From assembly GCF_009914755.1 (NCBI RefSeq), contig NC_060929.1: a stretch of DNA of 64,000 bases. One strand, 5' to 3'. Source of the DNA: the human T2T-CHM13v2.0 reference genome, Homo sapiens. Position 1 is the stretch's first letter. Each line of letters opens with the position of its first letter. The position numbers and the translations under genes were made by a program. This document shows, one piece after another, positions 42,170 through 57,344 of the stretch. The notes below the pieces were generated by a model. It had not been told where the DNA came from and searched no databases. It saw nothing but the letters and a program-made list of their open reading frames with translations.

Positions 42170-43360
42170 CTATTTATTCAACAAATATTATTGACTGTCT
42201 ACTATGTCTAGGCACTGGGAATGGAGCAGTGAATAAAATAGAGTCTCTTTTCTCATACATGCATGCATACACTCTAGTGTGAGCTTGTGGGAGGTAGAAA
42301 ATAAGCAAGTAAATATAGAATATGTGCTACAGTGATAAATGCAATGGATAACAATAAGCAGGCTAAGGAGAACAGGGAGTGATTGAGGGGGGTAGGTTAC
42401 AATTTTATATGAGGGGGTCAAGAGTGGTCTCTCTAATAAGATGATATTAGCAGCAACCTGAAGCAAGTAAGAACCTGAGCAAAATAGATATCTAGGAGAA
42501 GAATATTCCAGGCTGAGAAAACAGTAATAGAAAAGACCTTCCATTGGGAATATGTAGAAACATGCTTAGAGAGCCCAAGAAAAGCAAGGAGTTTGGCATG
42601 GCTGGAGTGTGTGGACAAGAGTAGAATGATGGTAGAAGTGGGGAGGTTGTGTATGTTCTTAGAGACCATAGTGAGAACTCTGAAACCCTGAGGAAGTTAA
42701 GAAGCACTGGGGATTCTGAATAGAGGAGTGACAAGAACTGACTTAGGAGTTAAAAGGATCTCTTTGGGTGCTGGGTTGAGAATGACTGCAGAGAGATAAA
42801 CGCAGATGCACAGAGAGCAGTTAGGAGGTTGTTGGATTAACCCAAGTAAGAGGAAATGGTGGATTAGATCAAGTGGTAGCAAAAGACAGGGAGAATTAAT
42901 CAGATTCTGGATTTATTCTGAAGGTAGACCCAACAGGATTTTCTGATTATTTGGATGTGTGGCACGAGGGAAAGCAAGAAATCACACATGACTAAAAGGT
43001 TTAGCATTGCCAGTAATTAAGATGGGGAAGATGGGAGGTTTGAGACATGTTTAGATGTCTCTTAGATATCCAAATGGAAATGTCAAGTAGATTGTTGGAT
43101 ATACGAGACTGAGTTTCACATAGAAGTCCAGGTTGGAAGTATCCATTTGGAAGTCATAGTAGTTACATGGATGAGAGTACCTGTGAGTGAATTCAGTAGA
43201 CAAGAAAGTAGACATGGGGACTAAACTCTGAGGTACTGCAATATTTAGAATTACAGGAAATAAAGAGAAATCACTAAAGACCAAGGAGTGAGCAATGAGG
43301 CAAGAGGAGACCCAAGACAGCATATTATCTTTGAAATCAAGTGAGAAAGGAGCCGTTATT
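42170..43360 (-). mobile_element. L2 (L2a-like) 3' fragment
   Basis: ttcaacaaatatt..actatgtctaggcactgg end motif and ggagtgaca..gacttag..aaaaggatc internal motifs. Confidence 0.8.
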
Positions 43361-43860
43361 CAATAGCTCAAACTGGAGTAAGAGCTGGAAAGGAGTCCTG
43401 GCTCTTCATACTAAGCTGCATGGAAGACAAAAATGGAAGAGTGACACCAAAGACTGAGTCTGATCAGTTAAGAAAAATAACTCCACATACCAATAAATGC
43501 AGTGTGATCGACGTCCTTGAAATCTGTCCAGATTAGAAATTCCCTCATGGAGAGTGTTGTCAGGAAGAGATGAGTGTACCAAGGAACATCCACAGTCCTA
43601 GTTTACCCCATTCTTTATGTTCTCTTAACTCACTGAGTTCAACCAGAAGCCTAAGAGAGCCTGGAGTGTGCCTCTCCTACTCAGAGCGGGAGACCAGCTG
43701 AGGGTCAGGGAGTTCTACTGTGATCTGAGAGGGCCACTGCCTCTATTTTTCACTGCTCTTTGGTATCCTCCTGGGATCACCGAGAGGAAGACATCAGCTG
43801 TGCCCTCAAGAAAGTTTGAAGTGAGTAAATGAGATTAGTTCAGGTAGCAGTAACAATATA

Positions 43861-44246
43861 CAGTCATGTGTCACTTAATGGAGATGCTCTATGTAAAATG
43901 TGTCTGTAAGTTATTTTCATCATTGACAATGATGAAGTCACCTAACAACTTATAGAAACCTAGATGGTATAGTCTACTGCACACCTGGGATACATGATAT
44001 GAACTATGACTCTTAGTCTACAAACCTATATAGCATGTTACTGTACTGAATACTGTAAGCAATTGTAACACAATGGGAAGTATTTGTGTATCTGAACATA
44101 TCTAAATATAGAAAAAGTACAGTTAAAATACAGTATAAAAGATAGAATGTGGCACACCATTATAGAGCAACTCCATTATAATCTAAGGAGACCAGTCATA
44201 TATGCAGTCCATTGTTGACCAAGTTGTCGTTATCAGTGAATAACTG
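43861..44246. mobile_element. Tigger3/MER7-like Tc1-mariner MITE
   Basis: ta|cagtcatg ... taactg|ta termini with TA TSD; acctagatggtatag and gtactgaatactgta motifs. Confidence 0.85.
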
Positions 44247-44265
44247 TATCATACTGGTACCCACT

Positions 44266-44670
44266 CTTTTTTTTCAGCTTCATTGAGGTATAATTTAACA
44301 TAGGATAAGCCGAACATATTTAAAGTGCACACTTTTATAAATATTGAGATGAATATACCTGTTAAATAATCATCACAATAAATTTTGACATATATGTACC
44401 AGAAACTTTCTCCTGCCCCTTTGTAATCCCATTCTCCCATGTCTCACCAACCACAGATAGCCACTGTTCTGTTGTCTGTTACTGTAGATGGGTTTTCATT
44501 TTCTACAATTTTATGTAGAGTCTACAGTATGCACTCACTTTTGTCTGCCTTCTTTAACTTGGCATACTCACTTGAGATCTGTGGATATTGTGTGCCAATA
44601 CATTGGTCCTTTTTATTTCTGAGTTGTATTCTATTGTATAGATATATCACAATGGGTCTATTCATTCACC
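44266..44670 (-). mobile_element. Old L1M 3' fragment
   Basis: cagcttcattgaggtataattt..atatttaaagtgcac. Confidence 0.65.
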
Positions 44671-44877
44671 TCCTCACTAAATATCTATTGACCATTAGAA
44701 AAATTATGGAGGGAAAACGTGGTCAAGGACACCTAGCCTAGAAGCAAGCAGATGCATGCATACCACTATTCATGTTAAAGATCTTTTCCTGGAGTTGAGG
44801 AAGCAAGGACCCCAAGTGCTCCAACAACTGCATGTCAATGGACAGTACATATTTCTCCTCAAGATAAAATGATTTTG

Positions 44878-45175
<298 letters not shown>

Positions 45176-46582
45176 GGTGACTTTAAAAGATACACATTAA
45201 CAAAAAATCAGCTTTGAAGTTAAACCTAGATTAAGATTAAAGATTTCCTATGGTTTTGTTGAGTCTCAATACAGCTTGACCACACTGCTAGAGAGAAGTG
45301 TAGGTTATCTCCACAGCCACAGATGAGCATTTGCAGCACTTTGATTCTTTGGAGCACAGAAATGCAGACTCTGCTCTCAGGCATTCCTGCCTCTGCTAAC
45401 GCCTTTATCCATCACTGCCATGCTCTAAAAATGGTGCCCATCTTGCCAGGGGCAGGGTAGGGAGGCCTCCTTTGCTACTTTATAGTCCCTCTGTGTATTA
45501 CAGATAACACTTGACATACTGTGAGTTACTTGTTTTGCTCTCACCTGAAATCTGCACCAAGTCTCTTCGGAGGCCTCCAAGATCAAAGGGTTGTACTGAT
45601 TTAGCTACTACTTCCTAGAGTAAAGTAGTAGCCAGAATCAGATTAAGGTGTTGTGATTCAGCTTTTGAAGGCAAGAGTGGTGATATATCTCTGAATAGCC
45701 TGATGCAGTCTTTGAAAGCTAGTGTGAGAAAATCAGGTACACTGGTTATGTTGATTGAATACACAGGTTACTATGTAAGGCAGAGGGAAGTCTGTGAAGA
45801 ACTCACAAAAACGAGTGATGCCACCAAGTAGGGAATTAGAAAGCAGGCAACTGAGCTGCGTTTCATACAGTGAGATTCGAGTTCATTAGATGCTGATGAT
45901 TGATTTTCTACTTGATTATAAACGGTAGGTGCAGAGAATATGCTTTATTCATTTCTGCATTTCCCTCAAAGATGAGCCTGGTGAATAAATACTTGATTAG
46001 AGTATGGGTGTGTGGGAGGATGAACTAGTGGGGAACATTCTGGGGAAGGATCTGGGCTTTGAGGCCCACAGAAATGTCTCCCTATTAAAAAGAGTTGGTT
46101 TCCTCGCTGAACTCCCACCTGACCTGGGGAAAGAGATTCTGGAGTTAGTGTTAGACTATTCTCTCCTCTCTTTTCCTTCAGGAATAAACTACTTTGCAGA
46201 TTTTCTCAAAGCAAAATATCTATTTAAATCATCAGTCACTTAAGCAAGAAGAGGTTTGTGAATATTGACCTAAGGGCCACTTGTTATAACAGACACCTCC
46301 ACAGAAGGTGAGGCATGGCTGCTGCTCAGGAGCTTTTGCACTGTTCTGCACACGCCCTCTCTGTCATTTCTACATGTGGTTCTGGCTCCAGCATCTAAGA
46401 GTATCGATGAGAAAAAGGAGCCAATGGCCGGGGCTCTGCTGGTAAGGATGTGGCCACTGAGACCCAAGATCACATGCACTAGCAGTTGTTTTGGGGGAAA
46501 GGGTACAATATCTATAATTTACTTCAAAATATTTCATTATCAATTATTCTTGTGTGTTACTTTTGCACCCTAGAAAAAAGAG

Positions 46583-47091
<509 letters not shown>

Positions 47092-48903
47092 CTACAAGTT
47101 AGCAACTGAAAAATATTTCAACTATCTTTATCTCTGATAAGTACCAGATGTTTCTTAACTAGAATGTTTAAGACATCTGGCTTGACTGAGATATTGTAGA
47201 GACAATCCCCAAACTTGTATAAACAGGATATTAAAAAAAGGGATTTCTGCTTTTAATCTTAATGGAGTAATAGGGATGCAATTTGCCCTTTCAACTCAAC
47301 CAAGTAGAAAATAACGGGTAAAATACATAAAACTACTTGTTTCAGACATTGGGCAACAAGCAGCATGGGGCAGTAATCCCTGAGAAAAGGCAAACAAGTG
47401 ATGTGAGACCAACAATTAAGCAGCTTACTTTCTAGAGAGACTTTCCAGGTTGTAGTGTTGGGAGGGAAGGGTAGAGTGCCAAACAGCTCTATGGTATCTC
47501 TGAATTGAGGAGTCAGCTAAGAACTGGAGGAGGCCAAAGTGGCTAGAAGTTTGCACAGGAAACTGCAGAAAAGGAAGGACTTGTCCAGAGAGGAGAGAGC
47601 TACACATAGAAAGAGTCCCAGAAATGTCTAGAGGGCTCCCTTCAAGCCTTTAACTGAGTATTGCTCACCCTCTGCATGTGCAGAAACTACCTGAGGCAGG
47701 AGGGAAAAAAAGGAAACACTAGAAAGCTTCAGGTGGAATAATGCCAGTGATTATATAGGGCCAGAAATAATTTGTTGTCCCACCAGTCAAACTGGAAAAA
47801 ACCTTGTAATACACAGGCCTCAGAATATTGCTTCAGTAATGAGGCAAAATTAGACCTGGAATAAAAGTTGCTCTGGTCTCACATTTTACAAAAGCAAATC
47901 TTCAAAGGACCAAACTTTATAAGTAATTGAAATGTGACCCAAAGTGCAAGAACCAAGAGCAAGAATATTTAAAGAAATTTTTTAAATATCCAGCATCCAC
48001 AAGGTAAAATTTACCATGTGTCATTCAATAAAAATAATTGCCAGACATAAAAAGCGGAAAAAATACAGTTCAAAATAAGGAGAAAAGCCAAACAACAGAA
48101 ACAGACCCAGAAATGACAATGATAAGCATTAGTAGATAAAGATATTTTTAGAGTTGTAACAATTGTATTTTATAAGTTTAAGAAAGTAGAAGAGCATGTT
48201 GAGGAAAGACATGAGAGATAGGAAAAAGACCCAATTCCAAACTTCTGGGGATGAAGAAAACAAAATCTGAGATGAAAACTGCACTGCTTAATATTACACT
48301 GGTATTAATAGTTGATTAGACACTGCAGAAGAAAATATTAGTAAATTTGAAGACATAGAAACTACCCAAAGTGAAATACACAAGGAAAAAGACTGACAAA
48401 AAAAACTGCATCAAGGAGCTATGGAACAACTCCAAGAATCCTAATTTGTATGTAATTGAAGTCCACAAAAGGGTTAAGGGGGAACAAAGGCTATTTGGAG
48501 AAATAATGATCAAAATTTTTCAAAAACTGAAGAAGGCTATAAACCCACATATCCAAGAAGTTTAATGAATCTCATGCACAAGAATCAAAGAAAACTACTG
48601 CAAAACAGCATCACAATCCAATTGCTCAAAACCAGTGATAAATGGAAAATCTTAAAAGCAGCCAGAAAAATAAGACATATTACATGTAGAACAAAAACAA
48701 AAGAATGAAGGAAACTTTTCACTTAAAATGTTGCAAGCCAGAAAACAGTGGAGCAACAGCTCTGAGGTATTAAAAGAAAGAAAAAAAAGCTAAAATTCTA
48801 TAATCAGTAAAAAAAACTTTCAGACTCTAAGATGAAATACTTTCTCTCAGACACACAAAAGCCAAAATAATTCAAACAAAAACAGACTTAGACATACATT
48901 GTT

Positions 48904-50100
48904 GTCTGCACAGAGTCTTGTGTCGTGAACCATCTGCAGGTCTCTCAACCGTGAATACCAGCACCTGTTCCGGTGGAGGTGGCAGGGGAGTGAAATGGAC
49001 TCTGTGAGGGTCCTTAGTTTTGGTTGTCTAATCCACTATTTTTGTGCTAGTTGCCTCCTGCCAGGAGGTGGTGCTTTCTAGAAAGCATCAGCTGTAGCAG
49101 TGTGGAGAGGGAACAGTGGTGGATGGGGCCCTAGAACTCCCAAGAGTATATGCCCTTTGTCTTCAGTTACCAGGGTGGGTAGGGAAGGGCCATTGGGTGA
49201 GTCAGGGCTAGGTGTGTCTGAGCTTAGACTCTCCTTGGGAAGGTCTTGCTGTGGCTCCTGTGGGGGATGGGGTGAGGTTTCCAGGTCAATGGAGTTATGT
49301 TCCTAGGAGGATTATGGCTGCCTCTACTATGTCGTGCAGGTTGCCAGAGAAGTGGGGGAAAGCCAGCAGTCATAGATCTCACCCAGCTCCCATGCAAACC
49401 GAAGGGCCTGTCTCACTCCCACCATGCCCCACCTACCCGTGACAGCACCGAGTCTGTTTCCAGGCAGTGGGTGAGCAGGGGTGAGAACTTGCCCCAGGCT
49501 ACCCACCTCTCAGCTGCAAAAGCAAGTATGGCTTTCCTTCTTCCCCAGCCTGTGGAGTCTGCCCTCCCCTGAGTTCTGGCCAAGAGGCTTCTCGATCAGT
49601 TCAAATTGTTACAAAGTTCAGCTGGAGATTTCCTTTTCCCTGTGGCCTTTTCCCAGTGCCTCAGGCCACCCTCCCAAAGGACCCCTGTGAGGCCAGGCAG
49701 AAATGGCTTGCTAGGGGACCCACCAAATTCACAGGGCTTTCCCTGCTGCTTCCTCTACCCCTGTATTTCACTTGGCTTTCTCAATTGACTCAGCTCCAGG
49801 TGAGGTCAGAATCTTCTCCGGTAATCTAGACCTTCAGTTTCCCCAGTGCAGGTGTGTGTTTGGGGGCAGATGATCTCCCTTTCCCACTTCCACAGTTTAG
49901 GCACTCACAGTATTTGGGGTGTCTCCCAGGTCCTGCAGAAGCAATCTGCTTCCTTCAGAGGGTCTGTGGGTCCTCTCAGGTTTTCTGATTTATTCCTGCA
50001 GTCATTCTGGAGGAAAAAATCACATTGGGATCCTTCACATGCTACTCTGTCTGTGCAAGTCCAGGCTGCAATATAGTCTTGCCTCCCATCTGCCATGATC
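48904..50100 (-). mobile_element. Isolated L1PBa-type 5'UTR (3'-truncated) with TSD
   Basis: Reverse complement begins gatcatggcagatgggaggcaagacta (L1PB 5' terminus); flanked by a 19/21 direct repeat at 48883-48903 and 50101-50121. Confidence 0.85.
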
Positions 50101-50260
50101 CAGATTTACACATACATTGTTAATTGACTTTAATAAATAGTACCAAGTCAATTCAGTGGATGAAATAATCACTTCAATAAATGGTGCTGGAACAACTGGG
50201 TAATTATACACAAAAATTTACCTTGATCTTCAATTCACACCAAATACAAATATTAATTTA

Positions 50261-50578
<318 letters not shown>

Positions 50579-50858
50579 ACGGAGGGGAGGGGAGATTACA
50601 TTTATTTTTCAAGAAAAGTTTAAGAATTAAATATATGCAACATTAGAATAAACTTTAGCAGAAATTCTGAGTGAGCTTGGGTTTGGAAAATATTTTTAAA
50701 ATATAGCCCAAAAGCTTTCGTAGTTTCTAAAGATAAGTAAGAAAAAAATATATATGCTAAAAGCACAAACTCTAAAAAAAAAATAAATTACTTGGACTTC
50801 ATCAAAATTAAAAACTTTTTCTCTTGAAAAGACACTGCTATGAAAATGAAAAGGTGAT

Positions 50859-51206
<348 letters not shown>

Positions 51207-51805
51207 CTAGAAAAAACTATTTGCAAAACATGTATCTTAAAAATTATATAAATCGTTAATATGTAAAGATCTCTCACCTCTAAATGAATAAAACACAACC
51301 AATAAAAATGGACAAAATATTTAAATGGACACTTCACCACAAAAGATTTATAGATGCCAAATAAACACATGAAAAGACTGTTAACATCATTAGTCATTAG
51401 GGAAATGCAAATTAAAACCACAATGAGATATCATTATGCAGCTGAAAGGCTAAAACTTAAGAGGCTGACCATACCAAGTATGCATATCTTGATATGTAGG
51501 AACTGAACTCTCATACACTGCTTGTAGGAATGTAAATGGTATAACTACTTTTGAAAATACTTTGGCAGTTTCTTAAAAAGTTAAATATACACCTACCATA
51601 TGACCTAACCATTCTACTCTTTGGTATTTACCCAAGAGAAATGACCGCATATATCCACACAAAGATTTATATACAAATGTTTATAACAGTTTCATTTGTA
51701 GTAGCCCAAAACTGGCAACAATTCAAAGCTATCAACAGTTGAAAGAATAAACTGTGATATAGCCTTATTGTGGAAAAACACTCAACAATAAAAAGGAGTA
51801 AACTA

Positions 51806-52847
51806 TGTTGCAGGAAGTCAGGGACCCCGAACGCAGGAACCAGCTAGAGCCGAGGCAGAGGAACAAATATTATGAAGATTTCATGGACATTTATCACTTC
51901 CCTAATAATACTCTTATAATTTCTTAAACCTGTCTTACTTTAAACTCTTGATCCTGTTATCTTCGTAAGCTGAGGATGTACATCACCTCAGGACACTGTG
52001 ATGATTGCGTTAACTGTACAAATTGATTATAAAACATCTGTGTTTGAACAATATGAAATCTGACTGTAAAACGTGTGTTTGAACAATATGAAATCAGTGC
52101 ACCTTGAAAACGAACAGAATAACAGTGATTTTAGGGAACAAGGGAAGACAACCATAAGGTCTGACTGCCTGCGGGGTTGGGCAAAAAGAGCCATATTTTT
52201 CTTCTTGCAGAGAGCCTATAAATGGACGTGCAAGTAGGAGAGATATCGCTAAATTCTTTTCCTAGCAAGGAATGTTGATATTTAATACTCTGGGAAAAGA
52301 ATTGCTTTCCTTGGGGGAGGTCTATAAACGGCTGCTCTGGGAGTGTCTGTCTTGTGTGGTTAAGACTGAAATATGCCCTGGTCTCCTGCAGTACCCTCAG
52401 GCTTATTAGGGTGGGGGAAAAACCACTCCCCGGTAAATTTGAGATCAGACTGGTTCTCTGCTCTTGAACCCTGTTTTCTGTTGTTTAAGATGTTTATCAA
52501 GACAATACGTGCAGAGCTGAACATAGACCCTCATCAGTAATTCTAATTTTGCGCTTTGCCTTTTGATCTTTGCTTTTGTCCTTGCGCTATTTCCTCAGAA
52601 GCATGTGATCTTTGTGACCTACTCCCTGTTGGTACACCCTCTCCCCTTTTGAAATCCCTAATAAAAACTTGCTGGTTTTGCGGCTCAGGTGGTCGTCATG
52701 GACCTACCAATATGTGATGTCACCCCCGGCGGCCAAGCTGTAAAATTCCTCTCTTTGTACTCTTTCTCTTTATTTTTCAGTCTGGGTGACACTTAGGGAA
52801 AATAGAAAAAACCTACATTGAAATATTGGGGGCAGGTTCCCCCAATA
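51806..52847 (+). mobile_element. Complete MER11B/C-like (HERVK11) solo LTR
   Basis: tgttgcaggaagtcagggacccc...ggttcccccaata, perfect 6-bp TSD aaacta, aataaa at ~52660. Confidence 0.93.
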
Positions 52848-53346
52848 AAACTACACTCAGTAGTATGGATAAATTGCAAAATAATTATGCTCAGTGAAAA
52901 AAAAAGCTAGATTTTTTTCTAAAGTACAAAACAAGGATACATACGATTCTATTTTTATGAAATTCTAGGTTAAGCAAACTATAGTGACAGAGGCAAATCA
53001 GAATGAGTGAGTCTGAAAGACAGACAGATTACAAAGAGGCAAGAAAAAACTTCGGGCATGTTGGAATCAAGTGTTATACTTCAAGCATGTTGCACTTTAT
53101 TATGTGTGAATTATATTGCAGTTTTAAACATGCTTTTAGAATCTAGAAAGTAGTCCCTCTTTGTAAGTGGCACCATTGACCTGATTGATAAATAGATTTA
53201 TGTCAAGTCTGTGGTTTTAGAATGTTTTTACTGTTTGACTGAAGCTACATCACTAGCCATATCTTGCTGATAAAACATTGTTGCATTTTCCTGAGGTAAA
53301 TCCTTGATACTAGATGCTAGCTAGATTCACCAAGCCTGCAGAAGAA

Positions 53347-54150
53347 TGGTTTTGGTTTGCATTTCCCTAATGATTCATGATATTGAGCATTTTCTCAAGC
53401 ACCTGATGGCCAGTTGTATGTCTTCTTTTGAGAAATGCTTATTCAGGTCTCAATTACCATATGATCCAGCAATCTTATTACTGGATATATATCCAAAGGA
53501 AATGGAATCCGTATGTCAAAGAGATATCTGCACTCCAATGTTTATTGGAGCACTATTCACAATAGCCAAAATATGGAATCACCCTAAGTGTCTAACAACA
53601 GATAAATGGATAAAGAAAATGTGGTAGATATACGCAATGGAATACTATTTGGCCATAAAAAAGAATGAAATTCTGCCATTTGGTACAACATGGATGAACC
53701 TGGAGGATATTGTGTTAAATGAAATAAGCCAGACCAAAAAGACAAATATCATATGATCTCATTCATATGTGGAATCTAAAAAAGTTGATCTCATAATAGT
53801 AGAGAGTACAATGGTGGTTACCAGAGACTAGGGTGGTTGGGGGAGGAGCGGATGGGAAATGTTGATCAAAGGATACATAACTACAGTTAGATATAAGGAA
53901 TAAATTTCAAGAGGTCTTCTGTATGGCAAGGTTTTTATACTTAATGGTGATATACTATATTCTTAAAAGAGAGTAGATGTTATATGCTTTTTCCACAAAA
54001 ATGATAACTATAGGAGGTAATACATTTGTTAATTATCTAGATTTAACCATTCCACAATGTATATATACTTCAAAACATCATATTGTATACAATAAAAGCA
54101 TAAAATGCTGTCGATTTTTTAAACTTTTTAAAAAAATACAAAATAAAAGA
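53347..54150 (+). mobile_element. L1MA5-like 3' end with inverted 5' segment (53347-53450)
   Basis: Antisense L1 (ttgcatttccctaatgat..tcttcttttgagaaatg) fused to sense ttaccatatgatccagcaatc...3'UTR. Confidence 0.8.
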
Positions 54151-54931
54151 ACTTAGAAGCTATACATAAAAAGTCAGCCTAAGTTAGTTTGCAATGATGG
54201 AGGTGGGAAGAGTGTAGGGGCTGATATTCAAAAGCATTCCTCAATGACTTTGTAGTGGTTAGACCTATGTGCAAATGCTACTGTCGTTCCTCTGATCATT
54301 GTAAACAAGCAAGAAAAAGAGTGGTAATGTCAGCTCTTGGACTGAATACGAGGCCACTAGAAGCAGCTAGGATTGGATGTTCCCAGTCCATTTCTGATTG
54401 TGTCACACATGGGCCTAGGAGGTAACAGGGAGTTAAAATTCCTTGTGTCATTCTTAAAAGACAACAGAAGATCTAGGGCAATGCATTTTAACCTCAGCTG
54501 CATATTAGAATAACCTGTGAAACTTTGCAAAAATAACATCTGGATCTTAATCCAGACCTACAAAATCTGAATTCCTAGGGGGAGGAACCGAGAGTTTGGA
54601 ATGTTTTTAAGCTCCTCAAGAGATTCTAAGACAGCTATGAAAACAATGCATCAACAGTTTATTCTGTGGCAGAATAATCAATTGGAAAAATTTTACTGTA
54701 TTTTGTTTTTACTTTCATGGATATTCATAACCTTAGAAGGCGAAAGCAGCCAATGCACATACCTGCTCCCCTCCCCCTAATCCCTCACATCCTTACATCC
54801 TTATTTTCTTTTGCCTGAACTTTATTTAAGGGGAAGAGTAATAACCAATTCCTCCCTTCCTATATTCCTTCCTTCTTTCTCAATGTGTTTTAGAGTGGGA
54901 GTTGGGGAAAGGCTACCTCTTTGTTTTAGAA

Positions 54932-55113
54932 CAGTGATTCTCAAACTTCAATATATCAAAATCACCTGGTAGTCTTGTGAAAACCTAGATTGCTGGGTCC
55001 CGGCCCCAGAGTTTCTGATTCAGTAGATATCAGGTATGGCCAGAGTATGCATGTCTACAAACTCCCAGGTGATGTTGATGCTGCCTGCTGGGAGCACATT
55101 TTGACAACCACTA
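54932..55113. mobile_element. MER5A MITE (MER5B-like copy nearby at ~54475-54650)
   Basis: cagtgattctcaaac...accacta termini; ttttagaa/ttttagag 8-bp TSD. Confidence 0.8.
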
Positions 55114-56739
55114 TTTTAGAGGTTCTGCCATGATTAGGTTGTATTATTTCTCAACGGTCGAATGGACGAGTTCAATAATTTAAAAAGGAAGTGCTAAAGT
55201 CCAAAAGGTCATGAACTTTAGAGACTGGGATAGGAGAGAGGTTGGAGACTTAGAAGAGTTCAAAGCTTGCCTCCGTGCTTTCCTGAGTGAGAAGGCCTGC
55301 ACGGGTGTCAATAGCAAGTGGGCATATGGGGTCATCCTGTTGAGACACTCGACAGAGATGACCAGGGCTGAGCTCAGCATAAAAAGAAGCTGCCAGTGGA
55401 GCTGCAGAATTTGTTAGGCACTCAGACATGACATGGCAACAACATCAGCAGTGTGCCTGCAGGGCACCGGAACCAGGATCCTCTCTCTCTTTCCAACTGC
55501 ATGAGCCCTAGGGTACAGCTGAAGAGGAAGAGGCTACCAGAGATGATTGGTCTGATGTCTCTCCAACTTAGTTAGAGGAGCCTTAACCCAGCCTGAATTT
55601 AATTTAGAAAAATAATGAAATGTGATAAATATTGCCCTCTGAACGCTGTGGAGCAGTCAAGACCAGTTTTAATATCTTCTGCTGAAACAAAGCCCCATTA
55701 ACTCTTTGACTAGGAAGCATGGTTGTTACCCTGATTGCAGAGGCCCCCTCAGCTGGGGCAAAGTTCAGGGGGGATATTGCTTCCCACACACGGAGAATGG
55801 CAATTGCCAGGTTGTGAGCATGTGGAATACGGAGAGGACCAGAGAAGCATTTGAAACGGAGCTCACAGATTACTGCAGGGTATTCTAACTGTAAATGCAT
55901 TCTCTTTGTTAAATGGATGTTAGTTGTTAGGAAAGAAATGGAATTAATGTCTCATTCATAGGTTCAAGCTGCATATGATTTTCTAGGCATATGTCAGGAG
56001 CTGGGTATACAAAGGTGCATTAGATATGACTACAGTTCTCAAGAGGTATTCAGTTTAGAGAAGGGGTGGTCATTTGTTATTGTGTTTGTCTAAGGCAGTA
56101 AAAGGTACTATAATAAATATTCATGCAAAGTTCTATGGCAGCACAAAAAGAGTAATTCATTCTGTCTAGGGAATATTGGGAATAAGAGAATCCTTCAAAG
56201 AAAAAACAATGTGTGAGTTGAATCTTGGAGAACAATTAGTAGCTTACCAGACAACAGGGACAGAAGAAAAATGTCTACCTGAGCAAAAAGAGTGATGGGG
56301 TAGGCAAAGAAGAGAGGGAGATTGCTTCAAAATGTAGGGAATGACTAGTGGGCTAGTGTCAGCACAATTCAGTGTTTGGGTATTGCAGCTGGTGGGGAAA
56401 GGTTGACAAGAGGATACAATAGAGGGTGGGACCATATTGAGAAGACTCCATATTCATATTCCACTGGTATGAGGGAATTTAACAGTAGAAGTTTTATAAA
56501 ATGTTTATATGTCTCCATACTTATAGGTTAACCACTGCCCCGAGAGCACTAAGTAACCCCTGCCCCAAGCTGCTCTCATCCTCTCTTGAGGCCCCCTTCA
56601 CACATCTCTCTATCATCTGGCAACTAGAAGGTTAATACTTGCCGTCACAGAAACTCTCCATGTATTACTCTGCTCCTATCTTTAAAATTTTCATACTTCT
56701 TTTTTTCTATGTAAGTAACATATTTGTCCTCCTCCAGTA

Positions 56740-57160
56740 TTTTGATTTGGAAGCTTAGATGTTTAACTTCTCATCTTTTTAAAAATACGCACATACAACT
56801 ATAAACTTCCCCCTAAGCACTGCTTTAGTTGCAACCTACCAATATTGATGTGTCCCATTTCTATTATGATTTAGTTTAAAATATTTTTTAATTTCTCTTG
56901 TTAATTTTTCTTTCACTCATGGGTTGCTTAAATGTGTGGCTTAATTTCAAAACATTTGAGGGACATCTAGTTATCATTCTTTCATTGATTTCTAGTTTAA
57001 TTCTACTGTGCACAAAATACATGCTCTGTCTGATTTCAATCCTTTGAAATTTTTTGAAACTTGATTTTGGCCCAGCATGTGGTCTGTTTTGATGAATATA
57101 CTATGTATACTTAGAAAAAAATGTATATTTTCCGTTTGTTGAGAATAGGGTGTAGAACCC
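56740..57160 (-). mobile_element. Old L1M ORF2 fragment
   Basis: ctataaacttccccctaagcactgctttagttgca; antisense frame IFIKTDHMLG. Confidence 0.65.
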
Positions 57161-57344
57161 TTAGGATGTGTTCCTTCTGGAGTTTCAACCAAAAGCTTAG
57201 ACAAATTACTTGCACCCTTCCACTTTACCAGGTTGGAACTTCAATCTCTGTTGCCCCAGCACTGTGTAGTTGTTGAAATATCTGCTTAGATGACTTTCCC
57301 TCCAACTCCTGTTTTCCACAAGGTATCATGACATCCTGCCCTGC

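Noticed and set aside
55180-55900. Cluster of short ORFs in non-repeat upstream DNA
   Set aside because: Lengths of 60-98 aa are within chance expectation; no motif or exon structure recognised.
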